Under the pieces are notes generated by a model. The model had not been told where the DNA came from. It saw nothing but the letters and a program-made list of their open reading frames with translations, and did no database searches. DNA of 64,000 nt from a virus: positions 1 to 64,000 of the IMG/VR virus record IMGVR_UViG_3300044681_000098; one strand, 5' to 3'. The translations under genes and the position numbers were made by a program. This document shows positions 42,492-53,000 of this stretch, piece after piece. The stretch's first letter is position 1. The number at the start of each line of letters is the position of its first letter.

Positions 42492-44345
42492 ATGGCTGTC
42501 GATAATAAAAGAATTAGAGTTGGCGAGCTAGATTTTGACGGAATCAAGCAGAACCTAAAAACATACCTACAAGGTCAATCTGAGTTTTCGGATTATGACT
42601 TCGAAGGTTCTGGTATGTCTGTCTTGCTGGATGTATTAGCGTATAACACTCACTATAATGCTTTGTATACCAACCTAGCTATTAATGAGATGTTTTTGGA
42701 TTCAGCAGCAAAACGATCAAGCATCACATCAATCGCTTCTATGCTTGGTTACACTCCTAGGTCAGCAATTGGTTCAAGAGCATTAGTTAATGTTACCGTA
42801 ACCAACGTGCCAAATAACCCACCTGTTCTTTATATCCCAACACTTCAGCCATTTCCAGCTAGTGGTTCTTTTAGCAATACATATGGTGCATATAATTTCT
42901 ACAACCTAAATGCTGCAGTTGCCCAAAGAACAGAAAGCAACACATACGTATTTCAGAATGTAGAAATCATCGAAGGTACTCCGCTAACATATAGATTCTT
43001 AGTTGAAGAGAATACTCAATACATTCTCCCAAATGATAATGTTGATACGTCAACCATTAGGGTTCGTGTTCAAGATTCTCCAGATGCTCCAACATACGTT
43101 TCTTATTCTCTGAATACCTCCGTCGTCAACACAACAAATAAAACAAAGATTTTCTTCTTAAAAGAAATTGAAGGTGGTAGATTCCAAATTTACTTTGGTG
43201 ATGGTGTTGTTTCAGAAAAACCAAGCGTTGGTAACATTGTAACTGTAGAATATATGACTGTGAATGGTGATGCAGTCAATAATGTTAGAATCTTCACTTA
43301 TGGTGGAACATCAATTGGTGGTGGTATTGCTTCGGTGACGACTGTTCAACCATCTTCTGGTGGATCTCCTGCAGAAACTAATGAGAGCGTTAGGTTCAAT
43401 GCAGTTAGAGCGTTTGCTGCTCAGAATAGAACAGTCACTGCTGAAGACTATAAGATTATCATCCCTCAGCTATATCCAAACATTGATACCATTTCTGTTT
43501 GGGGTGGTGAAGAAAACGACCCACCTATTTACGGTAAGGTGTTCATCTGTATTAAACCAAAGACTGGTAGTGTGCTTTCGGCTGCAGCAAAAAGCAATTT
43601 GATTGAAACAATATTGACGTCAAGAAACGTCGTTTCAATCACACCAACAATTATCGATCCAACGTATTTGGATATTGTCCTAGAGGTTAACTACTACTTC
43701 AATCAGCTTAAAACAAAATACTCTGAATCTACTTTAACCTCTTTGGTTAAGGATACGATATCATCATACAACTCAACTGAACTAAAATCTTTTGATTCGG
43801 TATTCAGACTATCAAGATTGCAAAGGTTGATTGACACAACTGAGGACGCAATTGTTTCGTCAGTTGTTAGAGTTAAACTCAACAGAAGTATTGTTCCAAA
43901 CTTTACTACAAACTCATCCTATACGATTAACTTCCACAACCCAATCTATAATGAGCCAGGAAGCACAGCTGGTAGTAACGTAACTTCTACTTCGTTCACT
44001 ATTAGTGGGCAGACCAATAACTACTTCTTTGATGACGACACTCAGGGTAACTTAAGATTATTCTATCTGGCTACTGATGGACAAAGAGTTTACGTAGACA
44101 ACGCTGCTGGTAGTATCGATTACGGTTTAGGTAAGATTGTTATTAACAGTATTAACATCTCTTCTGCTGTCAATGATATTTTGACATTCACAGTAGAACC
44201 ATCTTCTTATGATGTAATCTCTGTTAGAGACCAATTGGTTAGAATTGATGAGGCAAGAACTTTAGTGTATGGAATTCCAGATAGAGTTGCTTCAGGTGAA
44301 TATGTAAGTGGATCTAATTATATCTTCACGCCAAATAGGAATTAA
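42492..44345 (+). CDS. 6: Baseplate wedge gp6
   Basis: ELDFDGIK, DYDFEGSG, LLDVLAYNTHY, QNRTVTAEDY, WGGEEN. Confidence 0.95.
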   Translation: MAVDNKRIRVGELDFDGIKQNLKTYLQGQSEFSDYDFEGSGMSVLLDVLAYNTHYNALYTNLAINEMFLDSAAKRSSITSIASMLGYTPRSAIGSRALVNVTVTNVPNNPPVLYIPTLQPFPASGSFSNTYGAYNFYNLNAAVAQRTESNTYVFQNVEIIEGTPLTYRFLVEENTQYILPNDNVDTSTIRVRVQDSPDAPTYVSYSLNTSVVNTTNKTKIFFLKEIEGGRFQIYFGDGVVSEKPSVGNIVTVEYMTVNGDAVNNVRIFTYGGTSIGGGIASVTTVQPSSGGSPAETNESVRFNAVRAFAAQNRTVTAEDYKIIIPQLYPNIDTISVWGGEENDPPIYGKVFICIKPKTGSVLSAAAKSNLIETILTSRNVVSITPTIIDPTYLDIVLEVNYYFNQLKTKYSESTLTSLVKDTISSYNSTELKSFDSVFRLSRLQRLIDTTEDAIVSSVVRVKLNRSIVPNFTTNSSYTINFHNPIYNEPGSTAGSNVTSTSFTISGQTNNYFFDDDTQGNLRLFYLATDGQRVYVDNAAGSIDYGLGKIVINSINISSAVNDILTFTVEPSSYDVISVRDQLVRIDEARTLVYGIPDRVASGEYVSGSNYIFTPNRN

Positions 44346-44347
44346 TA

Positions 44348-47300
44348 ATGGCATCTCTAGTCAAGGCTAAAGTATCAGCTGTAGTATCCCAACAACTACC
44401 AGAGTTTGTTAGGGAAGACCACCCACAGTTCAGCGTATTCTTAAAAGCATACTATGAGTGGTTGGAACAGAACTACCCAATGAGAGAATTGGAGTCGATC
44501 ATGAGCATCGACTCGACATTAGATGAGTATGTTGAATACTTTGCTGATCAATTAATGCACCTGATGCCGAAGGCAATGGTAGCAGATAGAAGATTGGTTC
44601 TTAAACACGCTAAAGATTTGTACTTAGCTAAGGGAACTCCTGGCTCGTATGAACTGTTATTCAAGTTGATGTTTAATGAGACCCCACAGCAGATCTATTA
44701 TCCTAAGAGGGATATGCTTAGAATCTCTGATGGTAAGTGGTCTTCTAATAGAGTTATCAGAGCAGTTCAAATTTATGACAACAATGGAACACCTACTACA
44801 TTAGAAGGTGAGTCCTTTGAGCTAGTTGGTCAAACAATTTACCAAGATGCTTATAGTGGATTGGACAAACCTGCTAGTGCTAGGGTTGAGTCAATCATTA
44901 AGTACTATGTTGGCACAGCACTAATCAATGAGATCACAATCTCAGAAGAAGGTATTCTTGGATTCTTCGAGCCAAATCAGTTAATCTACGGAACATCAAA
45001 CGTAACAGGGCAAAGGGTTGAACTGTATGTTCTTCCTTTTATCTCTAAAGTCACAATCGACCACCCAGGAAAGTATTATTCTCCTGGTGATCTGCTATCA
45101 GTTATAAGTGGTGATGGCTCTGGATTTAGAGCGGAAGTTTCCTCAATCCAGAACGGATCTGTTTCTAGAGTTGAAGTAGTCACAGGTGGTGAGGGTCACT
45201 ACGTTGGACAGCCTGTTGTATTCGATAACACTGATGCAGGTTATGGTGGGTCATCCTCAGTTGAAACTGCAACAGCTTATGTTAGCGAAGTTGAGTATGG
45301 TTACTTCATGTTGGAAGATACAGATCGTTGGGCACCATCGACAAACTATTTCTCAACTGGTGCAAGAATTGTTTATGATGGATCTGAATATCAGGTAACA
45401 ACAACTGGTAGAACATCTGACACTACTCCACCATCCCATTTATATGGAACAGCATACAACGGAACAGTTGCATTAAAATATGTAGGCACTGCATCAGGTA
45501 GATTAGTTTCAGAAGATGAATACCCTATCTCCCTTGAAAGAGATCGTGTCTACAGAATTGATGAGTTCGGTAATTATATCGGAACTGATACATCATCTGA
45601 TTCAGAGATAATTGAGTATAGATCTACAGGAGCAGTAAAGGCTGTTAAATTAACTTATGGCGGAAAACACTATAACAAACTTCCTAAGGCATATACAGCA
45701 ACTGATTACATCAGTGCTATTTCAACTCCAGCTGGTGACGATGCGACTGTCAATGTCACTACTGTGTTACCTCATGGACTAACCCAAGGTGACACTATCG
45801 TATTGGTTGGAACTGTTAAGGGTGTCGCAGATGGAACATACGTTGTTAGCGCTGTCGTTGACTTATATAACTTCAAATACATAGCACCATCCGTAACAAA
45901 GTTGACTGGTAACTTACAGAAGTTTGGATATAAACAATACTTCTACCCTATTAGACAGAACGCCAATTTACAAAGCAGCAAGGTTAAACTCAAACCCCTA
46001 TCTGAAACTATTGGTGCTGTTACCGATATTGTGGTTGCTAACTTCGGTTACAATTACAATACTGCAGTATTACATCTACCAACAGTTATGCAAGTTGAGG
46101 ACACTGTTGGTATATTCTTGAATGGTGAAACTGTTGAGATTCAATCGCAGACATTTGCTCTGGAGATTACTGGTGATGAATTCCTTTTAGAGAATGGTCA
46201 ACCATTCGAACTTGAAAATCAATTAACATCATCAGGTATCGTTAAAGCGTTCGATCGTGATACAAATGTTTTGCAGTTATCGCCTTCTGATGTAACATTC
46301 AGAAACAGAGGAAGAATTGTAGGGCAAACAAGTGGTGCTTCTGCCAAAATTCTAGACGTTAACACTGGTCTTGTTACACCTATTATTGCAGGTAATGGTC
46401 TAACGGCAGGTAAGTTTACTAACTCAGATGGTAAAGTTTCTGATGCGTCTAAACGTATTCAAGACAGCTTCTACTATCAAGATTACTCGTATGTTATTCG
46501 TATTGGTCAATCTGTAAACAAATATCGTGACGCTGTTAAGAAACTTCTACACCCAGTTGGTCTTGCGCTGTTCGGTGAAGTTAGTTTGATTAATGCAGTT
46601 AGAGCATTAATGCGAATCATGAATGACAACAAAGCTGTATTGACAAGCATTGTTGATACGCAATCTAGAGCTTCTATGCTAGCTGTTGGTAATTGGCAAG
46701 AAGAAACATATAGAGTCCTCTATGAGAACTCTGATGTCCTTAATCATCTAAGTTTAGAAGGTGGTTATCTAGAAAGATTTGTGACTGAGGATGGAAAAGA
46801 TAGAATCATTTCTGAAGAAAACAACATCTTTATCACGGAACGTAGTGATGAGGATGGTAGAATTCTTCTATTAGAGAATGGTGATAAGTTCAACTCAGAA
46901 GAGCAAATCTCTATCTTTGAACCTGAGCACGTCTTAGGTGAAACTTATAATTTCTTCCGTTTAGAGAACGACAATACTCATACTAAGTCTAGAAACCCAG
47001 ATAAGAGAAAAGAGCAGTGGATTCTTAGATTAGAGGACTTCGTTCCTTCTTACTACGATTCAGATACGTTGAAACTTGAGACTGCTGCGCTCAATAATGA
47101 TGGTGTGCTTGCTGATGATGGTAATGATCTATTGCTAGAAGATGGTGGAAGAATCTTAAATCAGATTCAGCTATCAAAACCTGCACCAAGTATGCGTGTT
47201 CTGCAGTCCGAGATGTTGCCACCAGTTATTATTCCAGAGATGGATATCAATACCGTCCATCTGTTGGAAATGTCGCCAGAAGTGTTCAAAGAACTTGTCT

Positions 47301-48535
47301 TCAATATCAAGACAAAAGTTGCAATGGATCAATTGCGTCGTGGCGTCTACTTACTAGAAACAGGAGATCAGTTACTTCTAGAGAATGGTGATAGACTATC
47401 GATTGGTTCAACTCAATATCCTGAGAATACCACTGAACACTATATTGCAGTAACTATGAATCCAACTAACGTAGAGTTGGACAACTTGTTGCTAGAAACT
47501 GGATACTTACTACAATCTGAAGATGGCGAGACTCCTGGTTATTCCTACACTGTAGAGATCGACGATACTCCTGTTAACGCAAGAGTTATCACTATGAGAT
47601 CGCTTTCATACCAGATGAATAACCCAATCTTTATCGGAATGAGAACAAATAACGGATTCCGTTTCATCTTTAACGATAAATATGATTTACCAGAGGGAAC
47701 TGTTACTGATACGAGAAAGACTACAATTGCGGATCAAGAATACGATGAATGGGACGTGTTGCTAGACTATGGATTGTTGGATGCGATCGACAATGGTGGG
47801 TCAACCAAATACTTCAGTATTGTTTGGTCTGCACCAAGAAACAAGTTTATTCTAGATAGCCAGTCACAGCATATTTTTGCAGGAAACTTTGCTAGCGATA
47901 TGACAGTTATTGGTAACAAACAAAATAAGGTTGTTAGACAGATCAGACCATCATTCGCTTCTCTAGGATCCAGCTTCAAATTCTTAGAACAAAGAAAGTT
48001 TACTTTCCCACCATACACATACGGTTCGGCAGGATCGCTACAGGTTGTCCCTGGAACTTCATACGTGGGAACAGAATGGACTGCTACTACCCCTGTGTTG
48101 ACGAAACAAGTATTCAACTATGATGGTAATGCTTATGAAGTAACAGTTGCAGGAACCACAGGTTCTTCTGCCCCTACCCATACCAGCGGATCTGTTGTTG
48201 ATGGTGATGCGGAACTAACTTATATTGGTCCAGCAAAGGAAACAATTCAATATCTACCAGATGATTCTAATGGTGGATTTACTGGTGGTTGGTATCTACA
48301 ATACCCAGCGCCAAACAGAGAGTATTGGAACAATGAGACCATTACGCTCGAATCAGGCGACACACTACTAACCGAAGCTGGAGGAGCGCAGTTAGTGGAA
48401 GTCTCAGAAAACTCAGGTGATGTTCAAATCAAAGATTTTGAGAATGTCACTCTTTATGATGTAATAAATAGAAAGCATAAGAGAACAAACTATGCTGTTG
48501 GATCTTACATAGAAATTTACAAGGGTAATCCCTAA
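44348..48535 (+). CDS. 7: Baseplate wedge initiator gp7-like
   Basis: QLPEFVREDHP...FLKAYYEWLE, KGTPGS, IQDSFYYQDYSY, LLHPVG. Confidence 0.8.
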   Translation: MASLVKAKVSAVVSQQLPEFVREDHPQFSVFLKAYYEWLEQNYPMRELESIMSIDSTLDEYVEYFADQLMHLMPKAMVADRRLVLKHAKDLYLAKGTPGSYELLFKLMFNETPQQIYYPKRDMLRISDGKWSSNRVIRAVQIYDNNGTPTTLEGESFELVGQTIYQDAYSGLDKPASARVESIIKYYVGTALINEITISEEGILGFFEPNQLIYGTSNVTGQRVELYVLPFISKVTIDHPGKYYSPGDLLSVISGDGSGFRAEVSSIQNGSVSRVEVVTGGEGHYVGQPVVFDNTDAGYGGSSSVETATAYVSEVEYGYFMLEDTDRWAPSTNYFSTGARIVYDGSEYQVTTTGRTSDTTPPSHLYGTAYNGTVALKYVGTASGRLVSEDEYPISLERDRVYRIDEFGNYIGTDTSSDSEIIEYRSTGAVKAVKLTYGGKHYNKLPKAYTATDYISAISTPAGDDATVNVTTVLPHGLTQGDTIVLVGTVKGVADGTYVVSAVVDLYNFKYIAPSVTKLTGNLQKFGYKQYFYPIRQNANLQSSKVKLKPLSETIGAVTDIVVANFGYNYNTAVLHLPTVMQVEDTVGIFLNGETVEIQSQTFALEITGDEFLLENGQPFELENQLTSSGIVKAFDRDTNVLQLSPSDVTFRNRGRIVGQTSGASAKILDVNTGLVTPIIAGNGLTAGKFTNSDGKVSDASKRIQDSFYYQDYSYVIRIGQSVNKYRDAVKKLLHPVGLALFGEVSLINAVRALMRIMNDNKAVLTSIVDTQSRASMLAVGNWQEETYRVLYENSDVLNHLSLEGGYLERFVTEDGKDRIISEENNIFITERSDEDGRILLLENGDKFNSEEQISIFEPEHVLGETYNFFRLENDNTHTKSRNPDKRKEQWILRLEDFVPSYYDSDTLKLETAALNNDGVLADDGNDLLLEDGGRILNQIQLSKPAPSMRVLQSEMLPPVIIPEMDINTVHLLEMSPEVFKELVFNIKTKVAMDQLRRGVYLLETGDQLLLENGDRLSIGSTQYPENTTEHYIAVTMNPTNVELDNLLLETGYLLQSEDGETPGYSYTVEIDDTPVNARVITMRSLSYQMNNPIFIGMRTNNGFRFIFNDKYDLPEGTVTDTRKTTIADQEYDEWDVLLDYGLLDAIDNGGSTKYFSIVWSAPRNKFILDSQSQHIFAGNFASDMTVIGNKQNKVVRQIRPSFASLGSSFKFLEQRKFTFPPYTYGSAGSLQVVPGTSYVGTEWTATTPVLTKQVFNYDGNAYEVTVAGTTGSSAPTHTSGSVVDGDAELTYIGPAKETIQYLPDDSNGGFTGGWYLQYPAPNREYWNNETITLESGDTLLTEAGGAQLVEVSENSGDVQIKDFENVTLYDVINRKHKRTNYAVGSYIEIYKGNP

Positions 48536-48552
48536 AAGATAGGAGAATTTAA

Positions 48553-49986
48553 GTGGCTGCTATTATCACTAACAAGTTTCGCATTCACAATGCGCAATCT
48601 TTCAAAGAAGGATTTAGTGAGGTTGCCGATACAAAGATGTATCTTGGTATTGGACGCCCACAATCTTGGGACAACGAAAACTCACCAGATACACCATACG
48701 ACACCGTAGGATCTGAGTATTACAATTGGGACGACATGCTTGCGTTAAAGCGCATTCAGTCTACCGATGTTTCTCTATCCGTCGTTCGTCGTAACTGGGT
48801 GTCAGGTAAGTATTACGACATCTATCGTCACGATTACGATGGAACAACTACTGGCGTTAACATTGATTCTGGTGCTACAACTACACCAGCATCTTTATAT
48901 GACGCTAACTTTTACGTCATCACTGACGAATATAACGTATACAAGTGCTTAAAGAACACAAGTAACGGTAACGTAGTTCAGTCTACTGTCAAACCAACAG
49001 GAACTGACTCAAACAATATTACAACTTCAGACGGCTACATCTGGAAATACATGTATACTGTTGCACCTGCTGACGTTCTTAAGTTTGTTTCTACTGACTT
49101 CATCCCAGTAAAAACACTAGGTTCAAACCCAGGATCTACAGATTCCTACTATGGTCAATACCTAGTTGAACAAGCAGCAGTTGATGGTGCTATCGATCGC
49201 ATCGTGATTGATGACTTTGGATCAAACTACAATAGAGCAGCTAGTGAAATTAGCGTAACTATTATTGGTGATGGTCTTGGCGCTGAAGCTGAAGTCACAA
49301 CTTCTGATGGTCAGGTTAAAGAAGTTATCGTTACCAATCGTGGAACAGGGTATACTTGGGCACGTGTTGAGATCGGTCTTCCTGATCTTGGTTCAGGTAA
49401 CGCAGCTGCTACAGCTATCATTTCACCAAAGGGTGGTCATGGTAAAGACGCTGTTGAAGAATTAGGTGGCTTCTATGTTATGATGAACGTGCGTCTTGAG
49501 TATGATGATGGCGCTGGCGACTTCCCAATTGACAACGATTATCGCCGTATCTGCTTGATCCGTGATCCAATCAACTTTGGTGCAAGTAGCGTTGCTTCCA
49601 ACGTAACTCTAATTGCAAATAGAACTATTAGCTACTCTGCTGTTAGTGGAACATTTGCTCTTGATGAAGAGTTCAAAGGAAACACAAGTGGCGCACGTGG
49701 ACGTATTGTCTCGTTGAACACTGGTTCATCACCTAAGACTCTACGTTATATCCAAACTAAAGACGATGGCGCTGGCTTAGGATCTCCTGATCCAACTATC
49801 GGTGCATTGTTCCAAAATGGAGAAACTATTGTTGGTTCAACAACAGGTGCTCAGGGAACTATTACTGGTATTGCTGATCCAGACGTTACATCTGATAGTG
49901 GTGATATTATCTACGTTGAGAATCGTCGTCCAATTAACCGTGCTGGCGATCAAATTGAAGATATCAAAATCATTGTTGAAATGTAA
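48553..49986 (+). CDS. 8: Baseplate wedge gp8
   Basis: AAIITNKFRIHNA, VYKCL, DGYIWKYMY, PKGGHG, YVENRRPI. Confidence 0.9.
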   Translation: MAAIITNKFRIHNAQSFKEGFSEVADTKMYLGIGRPQSWDNENSPDTPYDTVGSEYYNWDDMLALKRIQSTDVSLSVVRRNWVSGKYYDIYRHDYDGTTTGVNIDSGATTTPASLYDANFYVITDEYNVYKCLKNTSNGNVVQSTVKPTGTDSNNITTSDGYIWKYMYTVAPADVLKFVSTDFIPVKTLGSNPGSTDSYYGQYLVEQAAVDGAIDRIVIDDFGSNYNRAASEISVTIIGDGLGAEAEVTTSDGQVKEVIVTNRGTGYTWARVEIGLPDLGSGNAAATAIISPKGGHGKDAVEELGGFYVMMNVRLEYDDGAGDFPIDNDYRRICLIRDPINFGASSVASNVTLIANRTISYSAVSGTFALDEEFKGNTSGARGRIVSLNTGSSPKTLRYIQTKDDGAGLGSPDPTIGALFQNGETIVGSTTGAQGTITGIADPDVTSDSGDIIYVENRRPINRAGDQIEDIKIIVEM

Positions 49987-50029
49987 AATAAATAATTGTT
50001 ATACAACAATTTAATAAAGAGAACGAAGA

Positions 50030-53000
50030 ATGGCTATTAACTTTAACGTCGCACCGTATTATGATGATTATGCTGATGAAGATGGATACTTGAGAGTCCT
50101 GTTCCGACCTGGATATGCTATTCAGGCTCGAGAACTAACTCAGCTTCAAACTATCCTGCAGAAACAAGTAAGTCGCTTCGGTGATCACGTCTTCAAGAAC
50201 GGCTCTATGGTTGTTCCTGGAGGCGTGAACGTGGACAACTTGGTCCACTTTGCTAAACTTGACACTTTGTTCGATAACCAATCAGTTTCTTCATACATTG
50301 ATTCTTTTAGAAATAAAATTATCACTGGTGTTGAATCTGGTGTTAAGGCACTTGTTATCGACACAAGCAACTGTGAGTGTATGGTTCCAGAAGATGGCGA
50401 TACTCCAACTCTTTATTTCAAGATTGAACAGACAGGTGGCGATGGAGAAACCAAGAGATTTATTCCTGGTGAATCTATTGTTGCCTATGAAGATGACAAC
50501 TCAACTACAACAAACTATCGTTTAACCGAAGATCAAGTCGGAGACATCTACGTCAACGTCAGATCTTTCGGTGACGGTGGTGTCCCTGCTACATCATATA
50601 CTAAGAATCCAGTAAGCGACGTTCTGGGTTACTCATATGCTGTTGAAGTAGAACAGGGTGTTTACTACATTGACGGATTCTTTGTTCAGAACGAAGAACT
50701 TCACTTATATGTTGGTCGTTTCCAACAAAACCCAACATGTAGGGTTGGCTTCAAAGTTGAAGAACAAATCATCACACCTGAAGAAGAGCCAGCATTATCG
50801 GATAATGCTCAGGGCACAACTAACTATGCTGCTCCAGGTGCTCACCGTTACAAGATTAACCTTTCTCTAGTTAGACTACCACTAGATTCAACTGACGACA
50901 TTAAGTTCATCGAACTCGTTCGTATCGTTGATGGTCGTATTCAATCTAAACTCGAGAAATCATCATATGCTGAACTAGAGAAGACACTTGCTCGTAGAAC
51001 CTTCGATGAGTCAGGCAACTACGAAGTTAACAAGTTTAAGCTAACAACTAGAGAGCATTTGAACTATGATGGTGGAGGTGTTTACCCACCAGTCCCTACA
51101 GATTCAGCTTTAATTGATGGTCAAACATATGGAGACATCGACAAATTTGTTGTTGCTGTTTCTCCAGGTAAAGCATACGTCCAAGGTTTTGAAATTGAAT
51201 CAACTGCTACTCAGTTTATCCCTATCGACAAGGCTAGAGAAAATTCAGTAACAGGAGATGAAGGTGGTCACATCATTCGTGAAGATGACTATCCAATCCA
51301 AACACCTATTGGAAACTACGTTATTGTAGATAATGTGTTTAATTTCCCAGAAAGCACATTCCCTACTGTCAATCTATATTCAGTATCAAGAAAACCACCA
51401 AACGGAACTACGATAACTGATGGTGTTGCTCCAGATAGCACTACTAAGGTTGGTACTGCTAGAGTTAAATCATTCCAATTACATTCTGGAACATACAACG
51501 GAGATGCGTCTCAGTTCAAACTCGCATTGTTTGATGTTCAGATGAGCACCAATAATACTACTGGTCTCAAGTATGTCTTTTCAGATACTGTAAAATCAGT
51601 TGCTTTGGATTCGAATGATAGCAACATATTTACTGCTGATATTGTTACAACTGAACTTGGGATTATCGGTTCTGCTGATGTCTCAAATGCTTCTGATTCT
51701 GTAACAGGTATTGGTACTTTGTTCCAAGACCAAGTGTCAGTTGGTGATGTTCTTTACATTGACGGAAATAAAGTTGGTGTTGTTGCAAGCATTGAATCAA
51801 ACGTAGCCCTAACTTTAGAAAACGCTGCTGATGATACATATTCAGGTATTGTTGGCGTTGCAAGAGCAATCATTGAAGACCAGAGATATGAATCTTTAAT
51901 CTTCAAATCAGAATTCAAACCTCTCAAGACATTGAGAGGTGTAGACGCTAACGGTAACGACACAGTTGACTCTTCTGTATTAACAGTTAGACGTCAGATT
52001 ACAAACACGTCAGATAGCCAAGGTGGCTTGTGGTCTTACCAGTTGACTTCATCTTTTGAAGCATTCCAGTCAACCCAAGATTTATCTAACTATACTTTAT
52101 TCTATACCCACCCACTAACTGGATCTAGACGTTTCGTTGAGATTACTTCTAGCCAATTATCTCTGTCTACCAACAACAGAGAAATTACAATCACCAACCC
52201 TAACATTATTGCTTCTCAAGAATATACTCTCCTTGCTAGCGTTGAGCAAAGAAAAGCGACAGCTAAAGAAAGAATTAAGACTCTCAACACAGATGAGCAG
52301 TATACAATTACTAGCAAGAAGTCTGTTACAGAGAAAACCATTCTGCTACCTCATGCTGACGTACTGAGAATCAAAGACATTAGAGTAAATCCAGGAAACT
52401 TTGATTCTTATGTTGAGTTAAATTCTGTTAGCGTGTTGAACAAGTATTCATTTGACAATGGTCAAAGATCTACACATTACCAGAAAGCAAGTATTAGTCT
52501 GTTGCCTAACGTATCCCCTCCATCTGGGGCTATTAAAGTCATTTACGATTACTTCTCTTACAGTGGTAACGGTAACTATTTCTCTGTTGATTCATACACT
52601 GCTACCATCGACGATGACACCAATGACTTCACATATTCTGATATTCCATCGTTCTCTGTTAGAGGTAGTGATGGTGTAACTGAAACATTATATCTGCATG
52701 ATGTTATTGACTTTAGACCAGTTGTCGAGGGGTTGAACACATTCACCCCAGACATTCCAAAAGTTGGTTCTTCTTTTAGCACAAGCATTGCATACTACTT
52801 ACCACGTTTTGATAAGATTAGCTTGGATTCTATTGGTAGATTTGTAGTAACAAAAGGAATTCCTGATCTAGATCCCAAAGAACCAAAGGATCCTACTGAG
52901 GGAATGGTAATGGCTACCATTTATGTTCCTGCGTATACAAAGAACGTAAGCGACATCAGAGTGTTCCAGCGTGACAACAAACGCTACACAATGAAAGAGA

